A stretch of DNA of 64,000 bases from a bacterium (GTDB lineage Bacteria > SAR324 > JACQKK01): the NCBI GenBank assembly GCA_965249525.1, contig OZ252237.1:836443-900442 (forward strand), written 5' to 3'. Each line of letters begins with the position of its first letter. The first letter of the stretch is position 1. This document shows, piece by piece, positions 18,249 through 27,900 of the stretch. The notes beneath the pieces were generated by a model, which worked only from the letters and a program-made list of their open reading frames with translations, did not search any database and had not been told where the DNA came from. The position numbers and the translations under genes are program-made.

Positions 18249-20983
18249 GAGTGGAGTTTATCGCGCAGTTGATGGATGAGGTTGAGTGCTTCAAGGGGGG
18301 TGATTTTGTCTATTTGGAGGTTTTTCAGGGTTTCTAGGGCAGGATGGGGTGGTGGAAGAGGGCTGCGGGGTTTTGGGGGTGTGTTGTTGGGGTTATGGGG
18401 TTGAAAGAGTGCGGGTTGCTGTTTGGGGGAAGATTTTGCCACCAGTTGTTTAACAACCTGGGATGCCCGTTGGATAACATTATGGGGGAGACCTGCCAGT
18501 TTTGCTACTTGGATGCCGTGGCTGCGGTCGCTGGGTCCTGGGATGAGTTTTCTAGCGAAGAGCAGTTGGTTTTTTTGTTCATGAACCAGCATGGAGTGAT
18601 TGGCGAATCGTGGGAGGATATCTTCTAGGGCGGTGAGTTCGTGGTAGTGGGTGGCAAAGAGCGTGAGCGGTCCAGCTTGGTGCAGGTATTCAGCGACTGC
18701 CCAGGCGATGCTGATGCCGTCATAGGTGCTGGTGCCGCGACCGATTTCATCTAGTATAATGAGGCTGTTGGGGTTGGCGTTGTTGAGGATATTGGCAGTT
18801 TCAGTCATTTCCATCATAAAGGTGCTTTGTCCGCGTACCAGGTTGTCGTCTGCGCCGATACGGGTGAAGATTTGTTCTATGAGGCTTATGCGGACATGTT
18901 TGGCGGGGACAAAGCTGCCGGCTTGTGCCATCAGTTGAATAAGGGCAGTTTGGCGCATTACTGTGGACTTGCCTGCCATGTTGGGGCCGGTAATCAGGAT
19001 GATTTGCTGCTGATCTGCCTGTAAATGTACATCATTGGGAATAAAGGGTTCTGAAGAGAGTTTTTCCAATAACGGATGCCTGCCGTGTTCAATCTGGATG
19101 CAGACTGGCGCATCTTTCTCTAGCAATTCAGGACGGCAGTAGTTGTTGTGGTGTGCGACTTCCGCCAAGGTGCACAGTACATCCAATGTGGCTACGCGCT
19201 CGGCGGTTTGCTGTATGCGTCTAAGGTAGCCCTGCAGAATTTTGCAGGTTTCCTCAAATAGTTCTTGTTCTATGTTGTATGCCCGCTGCTGGGCGCTGAG
19301 TAATTTTTCTTCCAGTTCTTGCAGTGTATCCAGCGTAAAGCGTTCTGCGTTTGCCAATGTCTGTTTGCGCCGATACTCTGGCGGCACTTTGCTGGCGTGT
19401 ATCTTAGGCAGCTCTACATAGTACCCAAATACCCGATTGTAGCGCAGCTTCAATGAATTGATTCCTGTACGCTTGCGTTCTTTCTGTTCTAATTGCGTCA
19501 TCACTTCACGGCTGTTCTTGGAAAGCGCCCGCAGTTCGTCCAGCTGCCTGCTGACCCCTTCTGCTATATATCCTCCTTCGCTCAATTTTAATTGCGGTTC
19601 TTGCAAATAGCGTTGCTGCAGGTGTTCACGCACTTCATCCACGGGGTCAAAATTGTTCGCCAATTGCCATAACAGACCTTGCTGATTTTTTGCTGTTTTC
19701 ACAACACTATTCAGCCACTGGGGCAGACCTTCCAATCCACACAGCGCATCGCGCAAAGCCACCAAATCTGCTATCCCCACCCGAGGTGAACTCACCCGAC
19801 CCACCATGCGCTCCAAATCTTTCACCTGCAAAAAACATGCTTGCAGTCCGCAGCGCAAATCAGCATCTTTGATGAGTCTCTCCACCGCATCCAAGCGATG
19901 CTCAATCTGCTGTTTATCCAGCAAGGGACGAACCAACCACCGTCTCAACATGCGCGAGCCCATCGGGGTGCCGCCCCGATTCAACATCCCAAACAAATTA
20001 GCACCACTATCCCCCTGCCTCTTGCTGGAGAATACCTCTAAATGACGCAGCGATATTTCATCCAAGCGCATCACATCGCTGTCACTCCTCACCCGCGGCC
20101 GATACAAATGCTCCAGACCATAATGAATCTGATCTAAATAATCCAATAAGGCCCCGCAGGCACGCAAAGCCAACGGCATCTCTCCCAAGCCAAAGCCGTC
20201 CAAACCCTGCACCTGATACAATTTCTCTAGCCTCTGACGGGTGTTTTTCTCGCTAAAAGTTAACAAAGGACGCTCTTCCAAGCGCATCTGTTCACCTTCA
20301 TGCGCAAGCCCGTCCATCTTCTCATGCAGCTTCGCAGTAACTTCCGTCAACGGAGGCAGCAGTACCTCTCGTGGATGTTCTATCTCACATAAACCCACCA
20401 GCTGTTCCAAGGCATTCTCTTTCAATTGAAAAAATTCCAACTGACCCGTCGTAACATCACTCAATACACCCCCTATCTCTTCCCGATCCTGCCATACCGA
20501 CAGCAAATAGTGGCTGCGACCCTCCCTAGCATCTATATCCGTTAATAAGGTCCCAGGGGTGGCTACCCGCACCACCTGACGCTCAACCAACTTCCCCGGT
20601 GCGCAGGGTTCCACCTGGTCCGCCAGTGCCACCTTGTAGCCAGCTTCTACCAACTTGTTCAGATACTGCTGATAGGAATGGCACGGCACCCCACACATTG
20701 CCAAGGGATTTGGCATATTCTTATGGCGTGATGTTAAAGCTATCCCCAATATCTCAGACGCCAACTCTGCGTCCTCCCCAAACATTTCGTAAAACTCCCC
20801 CGCCTGGAAAAATAAAATGCAGTCCAAAAAATGGCGTTTCAGTTGATTAAACTGATTCATCATGGGCGTAGAAGAGTGAACCAACCCACCGGCGCGCAGC
20901 GGCGCCTTTCTGGCTGCAGTTTCTCGTTCTATGGCTTCCATGCTGTCTCCTTCATGACCTTCTGCCTCCAAATGCAAACCCAT
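18245..20983 (-). CDS. mutS: DNA mismatch repair protein MutS
   Basis: TPMMNQFNQLK...FFQAGEFYEMFGEDA (mismatch-binding domain) and ITGPNMAGKSTVMRQ...STFMMEM...LILDEIGRGTSTYDG (ATPase domain). Confidence 0.95.
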   Translation of the reverse strand: MGLHLEAEGHEGDSMEAIERETAARKAPLRAGGLVHSSTPMMNQFNQLKRHFLDCILFFQAGEFYEMFGEDAELASEILGIALTSRHKNMPNPLAMCGVPCHSYQQYLNKLVEAGYKVALADQVEPCAPGKLVERQVVRVATPGTLLTDIDAREGRSHYLLSVWQDREEIGGVLSDVTTGQLEFFQLKENALEQLVGLCEIEHPREVLLPPLTEVTAKLHEKMDGLAHEGEQMRLEERPLLTFSEKNTRQRLEKLYQVQGLDGFGLGEMPLALRACGALLDYLDQIHYGLEHLYRPRVRSDSDVMRLDEISLRHLEVFSSKRQGDSGANLFGMLNRGGTPMGSRMLRRWLVRPLLDKQQIEHRLDAVERLIKDADLRCGLQACFLQVKDLERMVGRVSSPRVGIADLVALRDALCGLEGLPQWLNSVVKTAKNQQGLLWQLANNFDPVDEVREHLQQRYLQEPQLKLSEGGYIAEGVSRQLDELRALSKNSREVMTQLEQKERKRTGINSLKLRYNRVFGYYVELPKIHASKVPPEYRRKQTLANAERFTLDTLQELEEKLLSAQQRAYNIEQELFEETCKILQGYLRRIQQTAERVATLDVLCTLAEVAHHNNYCRPELLEKDAPVCIQIEHGRHPLLEKLSSEPFIPNDVHLQADQQQIILITGPNMAGKSTVMRQTALIQLMAQAGSFVPAKHVRISLIEQIFTRIGADDNLVRGQSTFMMEMTETANILNNANPNSLIILDEIGRGTSTYDGISIAWAVAEYLHQAGPLTLFATHYHELTALEDILPRFANHSMLVHEQKNQLLFARKLIPGPSDRSHGIQVAKLAGLPHNVIQRASQVVKQLVAKSSPKQQPALFQPHNPNNTPPKPRSPLPPPHPALETLKNLQIDKITPLEALNLIHQLRDKLHS

Positions 20984-21020
20984 GTCTAATAGAAATAACT
21001 ATGCTTAGATTTTTATTCAA

Positions 21021-21067
21021 GGAGAAAAAAATTTGCTGACCCCTCTGCAGTAATTCTTACAGAGGGG
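21021..21067 (-). terminator. putative intrinsic terminator downstream of the HD-GYP gene
   Basis: Perfect 8-bp stem (CCCCTCTG at 21040-21047 paired with CAGAGGGG at 21060-21067). On the minus strand it is followed by TCAGCAAATTTTTTT. It lies 29 nt after the stop at 21096. The U-tract is offset from the stem, so confidence is moderate. Confidence 0.45.
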
Positions 21068-21095
21068 TGAAGCATCCCGCAGGTATTCTGCCAGA

Positions 21096-23126
21096 TTATT
21101 CGGGGTTTGCGTTGAGGTGTTTGCCGTCTTTGATGACGAGTTCATAGACGCGCTTTTGGATGAAGACATCCAGCATGTCTTGGTCTATGTGGTTGGCATT
21201 GGCTTCTTCGCTAAGGATTTGGAGTGCGCGTTCAACAGGGATGGATTTTTTGTAGGGGCGGTCTAAGGCGGTGAGGGCGTCAAAGATGTCCGAGATGGTC
21301 ATCATTTTGGACTGCGGCGGGATTTGTGAGGAGTTGAGTTGGTTGGGATAGCCGCTGCCGTCAAGTTTTTCATGATGGGCGTGGGCGATATCGGGAACGG
21401 ATTTAAGGTTTGCTGTCCATGGGATTTTACTAAGAAAACGGTAGGTATGGGTTACATGGGATTCGATTTCTTCACGGTCTTGTTGTGTAAGGGAACCTCT
21501 GGGTACTTTGAGGCTAATGAGTTCATTTTTGGAGATGACAGGCATTTCTTTGCCGCTGAGGGAGATGAAGGAGGTTTGGCTGATTTTTTCTAATTGCTTC
21601 ATATCTTCTTCAGAGACGCCGATTGGTTCATTGCAGTGTTCTAGGAATTCATGGAGTTTTTCTAGGTCTTCTAGTGATTGTTGCAGTTCTTTTTTAGTTT
21701 GTTTAATGAGTTTATCAGAGGAAGCACTGGAGGTTTTTTCTATGGCCTCCAATTGTTTTTGGGTGTGTTGCAGGGTGATCAGGGTGCGAATATATTCAAA
21801 GCGGTCAAGCAAGCGTTGGTGTTCATAGGGGTAGAGTTTTTTGGCTTTAATAAGTACGTGTTCACGCACACCGATTTTACCGAAATCATGCAGCAAGGCG
21901 GCGTAGCGAATTTCTTCTAATTGTTCATGAGAATAGTTGATATGGCTGAATTGTTGGTGGCTATTGAGTGCACTGATGTTCTTGGCGAGATCAACTGTAA
22001 GGGTGGCCACGCGATAAGAATGCCCAGAGGTGGTAGGGTCGCGAGATTCAATAGCTTGTGTGCTGGCGTTGATAAAACCTTCAAACAGGTTGCGAATGTC
22101 ATTGACCAGTTGGGCGTTTTGTAAGGAGATAGAGGCTTGCGATGCTACAGACATCATCAGCCCTTCTTCTTTTTTGGTGAAGGGGAGTACAGATTCCAAG
22201 GCGGTGTCTGGGTTGTCTAATTTAATATCAGGACGGGTTTTGCGGTTGATGAGCTGAATGACTCCGATGGTTTGTCCACGGAAATTGACCATGGGGACGG
22301 TAAGCATGGATTTGGTGCGATAACCGATGGTCTGATCAAATTTACGTCCTCCCCAGGAGTAGCCTGCTTTTTCGTTAATTTTGTAGACATCGTCAATCAC
22401 AATGGGTTTTTGGGTAATGGCTACGCGTCCATAGATACTTTCCATGCCAATATCTAATACGAAAGAACTGAAGGGTACTTTGCGAGATTCGTTTTGGGCA
22501 ACTTGGAAGCGAATTTGCTTGGAGGCGAGCCAGTCGTTATCGTTTTGTTCTTTCTCGTGGTCGGGTTCAATTAGGTAGAGGGAGCCGGCATCAGCTGTGG
22601 TGAATTGGCGACAGCGTTCAACAATCATTTCCAGCAGTTTATTCAAGTCGCGCTCGGTAGAAAGGGACTGACCGATTTCGTTCAGCACAGTAAGAATATT
22701 TTGATCTGTGCTGTATTGTTGCATCAGTTTTTCTGCTTCTGCCTCGTTATCAAGTATTTGTAACTCCCGTTTTAGCTTAAAGCGCAGCAAGTTGTCAGAG
22801 ATGTTATCTGCTATCACCTCCACTCGTAAGTGTTGGAAATCGGCTATTTTTGCTAGAAAATCATCAGAAGCCCTTATAACAACCCGTCCCCGCCGAGAAA
22901 AATTACTTGGCAGCTGGTTCAGCGGAAAGGAAAGCCTTTCAAACTCATCAGAGTGAATAAACATCAGCAGCGGTTCTTCTTCCAAACGTTTCAACAAGTC
23001 GGGAGTGCACTGCTGGTAATAGTTCAACTCAAAGCTGTCAAGCTTATCCAACTCTAAGCGTTTGATTTCTGCCTCCATATCTTTTGGCAGCAAACCTTTA
23101 AATATTTTTCCTTTTTGTATAGACAC
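21096..23126 (-). CDS. GAF plus HD-GYP domain protein (putative c-di-GMP phosphodiesterase)
   Basis: HSYRVATL..., LLHDFGKIGV and HHEKLDGSGYPNQL (HD-GYP), preceded by a GAF-like segment (ADAGSLYLIE...). GTG start with AGGAGG 7 nt upstream. Confidence 0.85.
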   Translation of the reverse strand: MSIQKGKIFKGLLPKDMEAEIKRLELDKLDSFELNYYQQCTPDLLKRLEEEPLLMFIHSDEFERLSFPLNQLPSNFSRRGRVVIRASDDFLAKIADFQHLRVEVIADNISDNLLRFKLKRELQILDNEAEAEKLMQQYSTDQNILTVLNEIGQSLSTERDLNKLLEMIVERCRQFTTADAGSLYLIEPDHEKEQNDNDWLASKQIRFQVAQNESRKVPFSSFVLDIGMESIYGRVAITQKPIVIDDVYKINEKAGYSWGGRKFDQTIGYRTKSMLTVPMVNFRGQTIGVIQLINRKTRPDIKLDNPDTALESVLPFTKKEEGLMMSVASQASISLQNAQLVNDIRNLFEGFINASTQAIESRDPTTSGHSYRVATLTVDLAKNISALNSHQQFSHINYSHEQLEEIRYAALLHDFGKIGVREHVLIKAKKLYPYEHQRLLDRFEYIRTLITLQHTQKQLEAIEKTSSASSDKLIKQTKKELQQSLEDLEKLHEFLEHCNEPIGVSEEDMKQLEKISQTSFISLSGKEMPVISKNELISLKVPRGSLTQQDREEIESHVTHTYRFLSKIPWTANLKSVPDIAHAHHEKLDGSGYPNQLNSSQIPPQSKMMTISDIFDALTALDRPYKKSIPVERALQILSEEANANHIDQDMLDVFIQKRVYELVIKDGKHLNANPE

Positions 23127-23308
23127 AGCATTACCTCCTACTATTGCCAGCAGGTCTTCTCTATATTTTCTCTTGGTTGCTCAAGGTAAAGTTCGCCTTG
23201 CGTTTAGCAATATTCTAGCAGAGACTGTCTAAAAAGTAACGCTAGCATACCTGTCAGCTGATAGGATGCAAAAAAATACACCTCTCCTGTGTCACCTGCG
23301 GCCGTTTA

Positions 23309-24139
23309 GTGAAACCAGATAGAACCAACACCGATAATTTGCATTTTCCCTCCACCAGAACCTTTGCTAGCTGGAATGTTAATTCTCTACGGGCACGCAT
23401 GGAGCATGTGACCCGCTTTTTGATAGAACATGCTCCTGATGTGCTCTGCCTGCAAGAAACCAAGATGACCGATGATCTCTTTCCAGAGGACAAATTTAGG
23501 GAACTGGGTTATCAAACTGTTTGGTGGGGAGAAAAGAGTTATAACGGGGTGGCTATTCTTTCCAGATATCCCATTAGCCAACCCACCAAGGGTTTTGATA
23601 ATGAAACCTCCCCTGCCAGGCTGCTGGCGGGCACCATTGAAGGAATCCGTGTTTTTAACGGCTACTTTCCTCAAGGACGCAGCGTTGAAAGTGAGCACTT
23701 TCAGGCCAAACTCTCCTTCTATCAGCGCCTGCTTGAGCTATTGCAGCAACAATACCAACCTTCTGCACCCCTGGTGCTTACGGGAGATTTTAACATTGCC
23801 CCCCAGGAACGCGATGTCTATGACCCCCAAGCCATGGAAAATCAAGTGGGCTTTCATCCTCAAGAACGGCAAGTTCTAGAAAAGCTGTACGGCTGGGGAT
23901 GGCATGATGCCTTCCGCCTCTTTCATCAAGAAGCAGGTCATCACACCTGGTGGGATTTCCGCACCGCAGCTTGGGAGAAAGGACACGGCCTCCGTCTAGA
24001 CCATATCTGGCTGACAGCTCCCCTCGCCCAACAAGCCACCAACTGCTGGATAGAAACCGAAGAACGCTCCCGACCTAAACCATCCGATCACGCCCCCGTC
24101 ATGGCAGAAATTCGCTGGACTCCCTCAGCTTCTGCTTAA
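23309..24139 (+). CDS. xthA: exodeoxyribonuclease III
   Basis: FASWNVNSLRARM...DVLCLQETK...SYNGVAILS...DFNIAP...LDHIW...SDHAPV, the EEP nuclease pattern. The start is uncertain (GTG 23309 or TTG 23339). Confidence 0.85.
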   Translation: MKPDRTNTDNLHFPSTRTFASWNVNSLRARMEHVTRFLIEHAPDVLCLQETKMTDDLFPEDKFRELGYQTVWWGEKSYNGVAILSRYPISQPTKGFDNETSPARLLAGTIEGIRVFNGYFPQGRSVESEHFQAKLSFYQRLLELLQQQYQPSAPLVLTGDFNIAPQERDVYDPQAMENQVGFHPQERQVLEKLYGWGWHDAFRLFHQEAGHHTWWDFRTAAWEKGHGLRLDHIWLTAPLAQQATNCWIETEERSRPKPSDHAPVMAEIRWTPSASA

Positions 24140-24172
24140 AAGGGATGAATCTTGCTTGATTGCATTTCCGAG

Positions 24173-24223
24173 TTGAAATTCCAAATTGAAATTTCAAATT
24201 GAAATTCCCAATTGCAATTCCAA
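24173..24223. promoter_or_regulatory. array of four tandem 12-13 bp palindromic sites (TTGAAATTCCAA, TTGAAATTTCAA, TTGAAATTCCCAA, TTGCAATTCCAA)
   Basis: Sites at 24173-24184, 24186-24197 (a perfect palindrome), 24199-24211 and 24212-24223. Read directly from the sequence, between the xthA stop and the FliM-like ORF. Confidence 0.5.
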
Positions 24224-25120
24224 TCTGATTTTCTCCAGACCCATTTCTTGAATAACCAATCCAAACATTCCCTGCTGAGTGACAGCGAACTTGGTCTTCT
24301 CTTAGGAGAAGACACCCCTCCCCCATCTTCACAATCCCCAGTTTCCCCATCCGACGCCCCCTGGCCCCAGCTGGATACACTCCATCGCCGCACCGCCCTG
24401 CTGTTGAGCAAACGATTAAAAGCCCGCTTCCGACCAGATATCCAAGTTCGTGAACACACCATCTCTCAACCATCACCCCAACAATTCCAGCAGGCAGGCA
24501 TTACCGCCTTGCTGCAGCTGCAACCATTACAACAAAAACCACTCCCTCTTGCCTTTAGCCTAGATAAACCCGCAGCCCACCAGGCAGTAGACCTCCTGCT
24601 TGGAGGCGCAGGACAATCTCCCCGCCAAGATCACTTCTCTTCCGTAGAAAGACAAATTCTGGCACGCCTCGCCGATGCGCTCATCGCTGCCCTTCATCTT
24701 GCCTGCCAACCCCTCGTTAGATCCCAAGCCAGACTCACCCACTGGCTACCTCAACAAAATCCCCTCCAACACTTCGCTCAAGAACCACTCATCTCGGCTG
24801 TTATCCAACTCGGCATACCTTCCATCCAAATCCCCATACAACTCTATTGGCCTGCTTCTACTCTCCATTACCTCTGGCCCCAACAAAAAACAGATAATAA
24901 ACAACTGCAACGACACCTCGCCCAAAACAGAGTACGCGTATCCGCAGAACTGGGAAGTACTTCCATGCCCCTGCAGCAATTCCTCAAATTACACCCAGGC
25001 AGCACCATCCCCCTAGATCAATCACTCAACCAACCTCTCCAAGTTTCCATAGAAGGCATCCCCTTCCTAAAAGCCTTCCGTGAACCCACCGAAGGCTTTG
25101 AAGCTATCCGCTTTTGCTAA
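24212..25120 (+). CDS. FliM-like flagellar switch / SctQ-like protein (SpoA C-terminal domain)
   Basis: LLSDSELGLLLG resembles the FliM N-terminal CheY-binding peptide. DLLLGGAG...SSVERQILARL matches the FliM middle-domain GGXG region. The C-terminus (VSAELGSTSMPLQQFLKLHPGSTIPLDQ...VSIEGIPFLKA) is FliN/SpoA-like. There is no in-frame ATG before about codon 250, so the start must be a TTG (24212 or 24248) or similar. Confidence 0.6.
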   Translation: MQFQSDFLQTHFLNNQSKHSLLSDSELGLLLGEDTPPPSSQSPVSPSDAPWPQLDTLHRRTALLLSKRLKARFRPDIQVREHTISQPSPQQFQQAGITALLQLQPLQQKPLPLAFSLDKPAAHQAVDLLLGGAGQSPRQDHFSSVERQILARLADALIAALHLACQPLVRSQARLTHWLPQQNPLQHFAQEPLISAVIQLGIPSIQIPIQLYWPASTLHYLWPQQKTDNKQLQRHLAQNRVRVSAELGSTSMPLQQFLKLHPGSTIPLDQSLNQPLQVSIEGIPFLKAFREPTEGFEAIRFC

Positions 25121-25178
25121 TACCCCTTATCAAGCCCTCATAAACCTCTGTGTAAAACACAGCAGCGGGAGATATGGG

Positions 25179-26537
25179 CTAAGCACTTTTTTCATGCTTC
25201 ATGATTTGCGCCGTGTGTGCAGCTGCTGCGATGATGGCATCCAGTTCTTGTTGCTGGTGGGTATGGGATAGGGCATAGCTGCCCATAAGAAAGATGCCTT
25301 GTTCTCGCATGAGTTGGCAGAAACCTTGTTTTCTTTGGGGGAGGGTGTTCTGGTAGACGTCTTGTGCATTGAGAATGGGGAGATGGTTTTGTTTGAGGAA
25401 ATGGAAAGAACCGAGGGAGCCTTGCCCGCTGATTTTGAGGGGGATGTGGGCTTGTTGGAAAATCTGTTGGATGTGTTTTTGGAGGTGGTGGTTGTTTTTT
25501 TGGAGTTGGGGGTAGGGTTGGTGTTGGGAGAGGTATTTGAGGGTGGCGATGCCGGCGGAGAGAGAAAGCGGATTGCAGGAATAGGTGCCGCCGCCCACGA
25601 TGGCGCGTTGCTGGGGGGGTCTATGTGAATTGCTGAGTTCTAAGATATCGGTGCGTCCGCAGACGGCTCCGATGGGGGTGCCGCCTCCCAAGATTTTGCC
25701 GAGGGTGGTGATATCTGGGGTGATGTTGTAAAGGGTTTGGGCGCCTCCGAGGTCAAGACGAAAGCCGGTGATGACTTCATCAAAGATGAGCAGAGCGTTG
25801 CGACGGTGGGTTTCTTCTTTGAGGAAGTGGAGGAAATCCTGCTGGGGGGGTATCATGCCAGCCACGCCCATGAGGGGTTCGGTAAGCACGGCAGCCAGGT
25901 TGCTGCCAGCTTGTTTCATGGCTTGGAGTACGCTGTCGGGGTCATTGAATTGTGCGCTTAACATGCAGGAATGGAGATTGGGGGGCAGTCCCAGACCATC
26001 TGGACCGGCGTCTGCCGGTGATTTCACGCGGGCATCCAGCATGGTGTCTGAGCCCATACCATGCCAGCCTCCTGCCATTTTAATGACCACACTGCGACCA
26101 GTAAAAGCACGCGCCATTCTAAGGGCATACATGGCAGCCTCGGTGCCAGAACAACAAAAGCGGACCTGCTCGGCAGACGGCACCAGCTGGCACACCATTT
26201 CTGAGAGTTCCACCTCCAAGGGATGCGGCAAGCCGATGTGCAGCCCATCCAAGGCAGCCTGGCGCACTGCTTCTACCGCCACTGAGGGAGTGTGTCCCAG
26301 GATGCCATCGTAGTGTCCCATCCAGAGATCAATGAATTTGTTGCCATCCAGGTCCCATATGTGGGGACCGTGGGCTCGCTGGATGAACAAGTGTTGTGGG
26401 TGGTGAAGACGGCTGTCATGATGCATTCCCCCTGGGGTGATCTGCAGGGCGCGTTGATGCAAAGCCTCGCAGGCAGGGTTTGATGCCGACATAGAAGCAG
26501 CAGTGGCAGATGAAGACATAGCAGCAGCCTTTCCCAT
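25179..26537 (-). CDS. class III aminotransferase, glutamate-1-semialdehyde aminomutase (HemL) family
   Basis: LIFDEVITGFRL..GGAQ...PDITTLGKILGGGTPIGA (PLP-lysine region). The ORF-track start at 26570 is a TTG; candidate ATGs are at 26537 and 26519. Confidence 0.8.
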   Translation of the reverse strand: MGKAAAMSSSATAASMSASNPACEALHQRALQITPGGMHHDSRLHHPQHLFIQRAHGPHIWDLDGNKFIDLWMGHYDGILGHTPSVAVEAVRQAALDGLHIGLPHPLEVELSEMVCQLVPSAEQVRFCCSGTEAAMYALRMARAFTGRSVVIKMAGGWHGMGSDTMLDARVKSPADAGPDGLGLPPNLHSCMLSAQFNDPDSVLQAMKQAGSNLAAVLTEPLMGVAGMIPPQQDFLHFLKEETHRRNALLIFDEVITGFRLDLGGAQTLYNITPDITTLGKILGGGTPIGAVCGRTDILELSNSHRPPQQRAIVGGGTYSCNPLSLSAGIATLKYLSQHQPYPQLQKNNHHLQKHIQQIFQQAHIPLKISGQGSLGSFHFLKQNHLPILNAQDVYQNTLPQRKQGFCQLMREQGIFLMGSYALSHTHQQQELDAIIAAAAHTAQIMKHEKSA

Positions 26538-26670
26538 CTTAATGACTCTCTTGGTAAATGGAATTTCCAATGCTCATAAGCGTTCCTAGCATATGTAGAA
26601 ACTCTGCAGCATGTTAATATGACAAAATATCATCCAGCTTTGCAAGCATATAACTGTAGCGAGATAAGCC

Positions 26671-27507
26671 ATGGGTAAGCGATGGGGACAACACTTTCTT
26701 AAAGATAAAGGAATAGCGCATCGCATCGCAGCCCTAGCAGAATTGGATGCCCAATCACATGTGCTGGAAATTGGTCCAGGTCAAGGCGCCCTTACCCAAG
26801 CACTGCTGGCCACAGGCGCTTATGTCTGCGCCATAGAGCGCGATCCTCAACTGTATCAATACCTGCAAAGCAATTGGGGACATCACCCACGGCTGATGCT
26901 GCTGCAAGAAGACATCCTCCACACCAATCTCCAACAACTCTTCCAGCACGCCAAACCTTTTGATGTCGTTGCTAACCTGCCCTACTACATCACCACGCCT
27001 TTGCTCATGCGCCTCATACCCCTGCGCAGCTATTTCAAACGACTGGTACTTACCATCCAAAGTGAAGTTGCCCAGCGCGCTGTTGCCACTACGGCTACCC
27101 CCAAGCAATACGGTTCACTCAGTGTTGCTGTTCAATCTGCCTTCCATCCACGCATTTGCTTCAAATTACCCCCCGCAGTCTTCTCTCCTGTTCCAGCTGT
27201 GCATTCTGCTGTTATTATGCTGACACCTAAGAAAAAATTTACCGACACCTCCTCAGAAACCGCTTTCTTTCAGTGGGTAAAACAACTCTTTTCCCAACGC
27301 AGAAAACAACTCCGCAATATCGCCGTCATTCGCCAGCAACCCTCCTATGACCTGCCCCCAGACTGGCAAAACCTTAGACCTGAAAACCTCAACCCCCAAC
27401 AACTCTTCGCACTGTTCCAATTGCTCTCACCAAAAACCTTGTTTTTAGATCCCCACAAACATATAATGGAATCAAAATCACCAAACAAAACCCCCATAAC
27501 CACATGA
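26671..27507 (+). CDS. rsmA: 16S rRNA (adenine1518/1519-N6)-dimethyltransferase
   Basis: KRWGQHFLKDKGIAHRI...VLEIGPGQGALT...VANLPYYITTP, the KsgA pattern. Confidence 0.9.
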   Translation: MGKRWGQHFLKDKGIAHRIAALAELDAQSHVLEIGPGQGALTQALLATGAYVCAIERDPQLYQYLQSNWGHHPRLMLLQEDILHTNLQQLFQHAKPFDVVANLPYYITTPLLMRLIPLRSYFKRLVLTIQSEVAQRAVATTATPKQYGSLSVAVQSAFHPRICFKLPPAVFSPVPAVHSAVIMLTPKKKFTDTSSETAFFQWVKQLFSQRRKQLRNIAVIRQQPSYDLPPDWQNLRPENLNPQQLFALFQLLSPKTLFLDPHKHIMESKSPNKTPITT

Positions 27508-27860
27508 ATACCAGCACACAACCCATCATTCGCCTTACCTCCAAAGCCGCACAACAAGTGCGTCACACCCTAAAAGGCGAAAAATCTTCCCTCATTCGTG
27601 TGGGAGCAGCCAAAGGCGGCTGTTCAGGCTACAAATACACCATGGATCCTGCCCTCCCCCAAGATGTCTTACCCACCGACATCCTCTTCCAGTCTGAAGG
27701 CTTGCAAATTGTTGTCAATAGCGACTGCCTCCACAAGATTCTTGGTTCCCTAGAAATTGACTATCAAGATGGCAGCCTTACTGAAAAAGGCTTCCTGTTT
27801 AAATCCCTCAATGATACCAACTGCGGCTGCGGTAAATCATTCGCTGCGGTTCAATCCTAG
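27504..27860 (+). CDS. HesB/IscA-family iron-sulfur cluster insertion protein
   Basis: LIRVGAAKGGCSGYKY...CGCGKSF at the C-terminus. Its start overlaps the rsmA stop (ATGA). Confidence 0.8.
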   Translation: MNTSTQPIIRLTSKAAQQVRHTLKGEKSSLIRVGAAKGGCSGYKYTMDPALPQDVLPTDILFQSEGLQIVVNSDCLHKILGSLEIDYQDGSLTEKGFLFKSLNDTNCGCGKSFAAVQS

Positions 27861-27900
27861 AAAGATCTTTGCCTGCGTGACAGCCTTCTGGTTAGGGGGG

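Noticed and set aside
24212-25120. Flagellar or type III secretion gene cluster
   Set aside because: Only a single FliM/SctQ-like ORF is present. Its neighbours are xthA and an aminotransferase.
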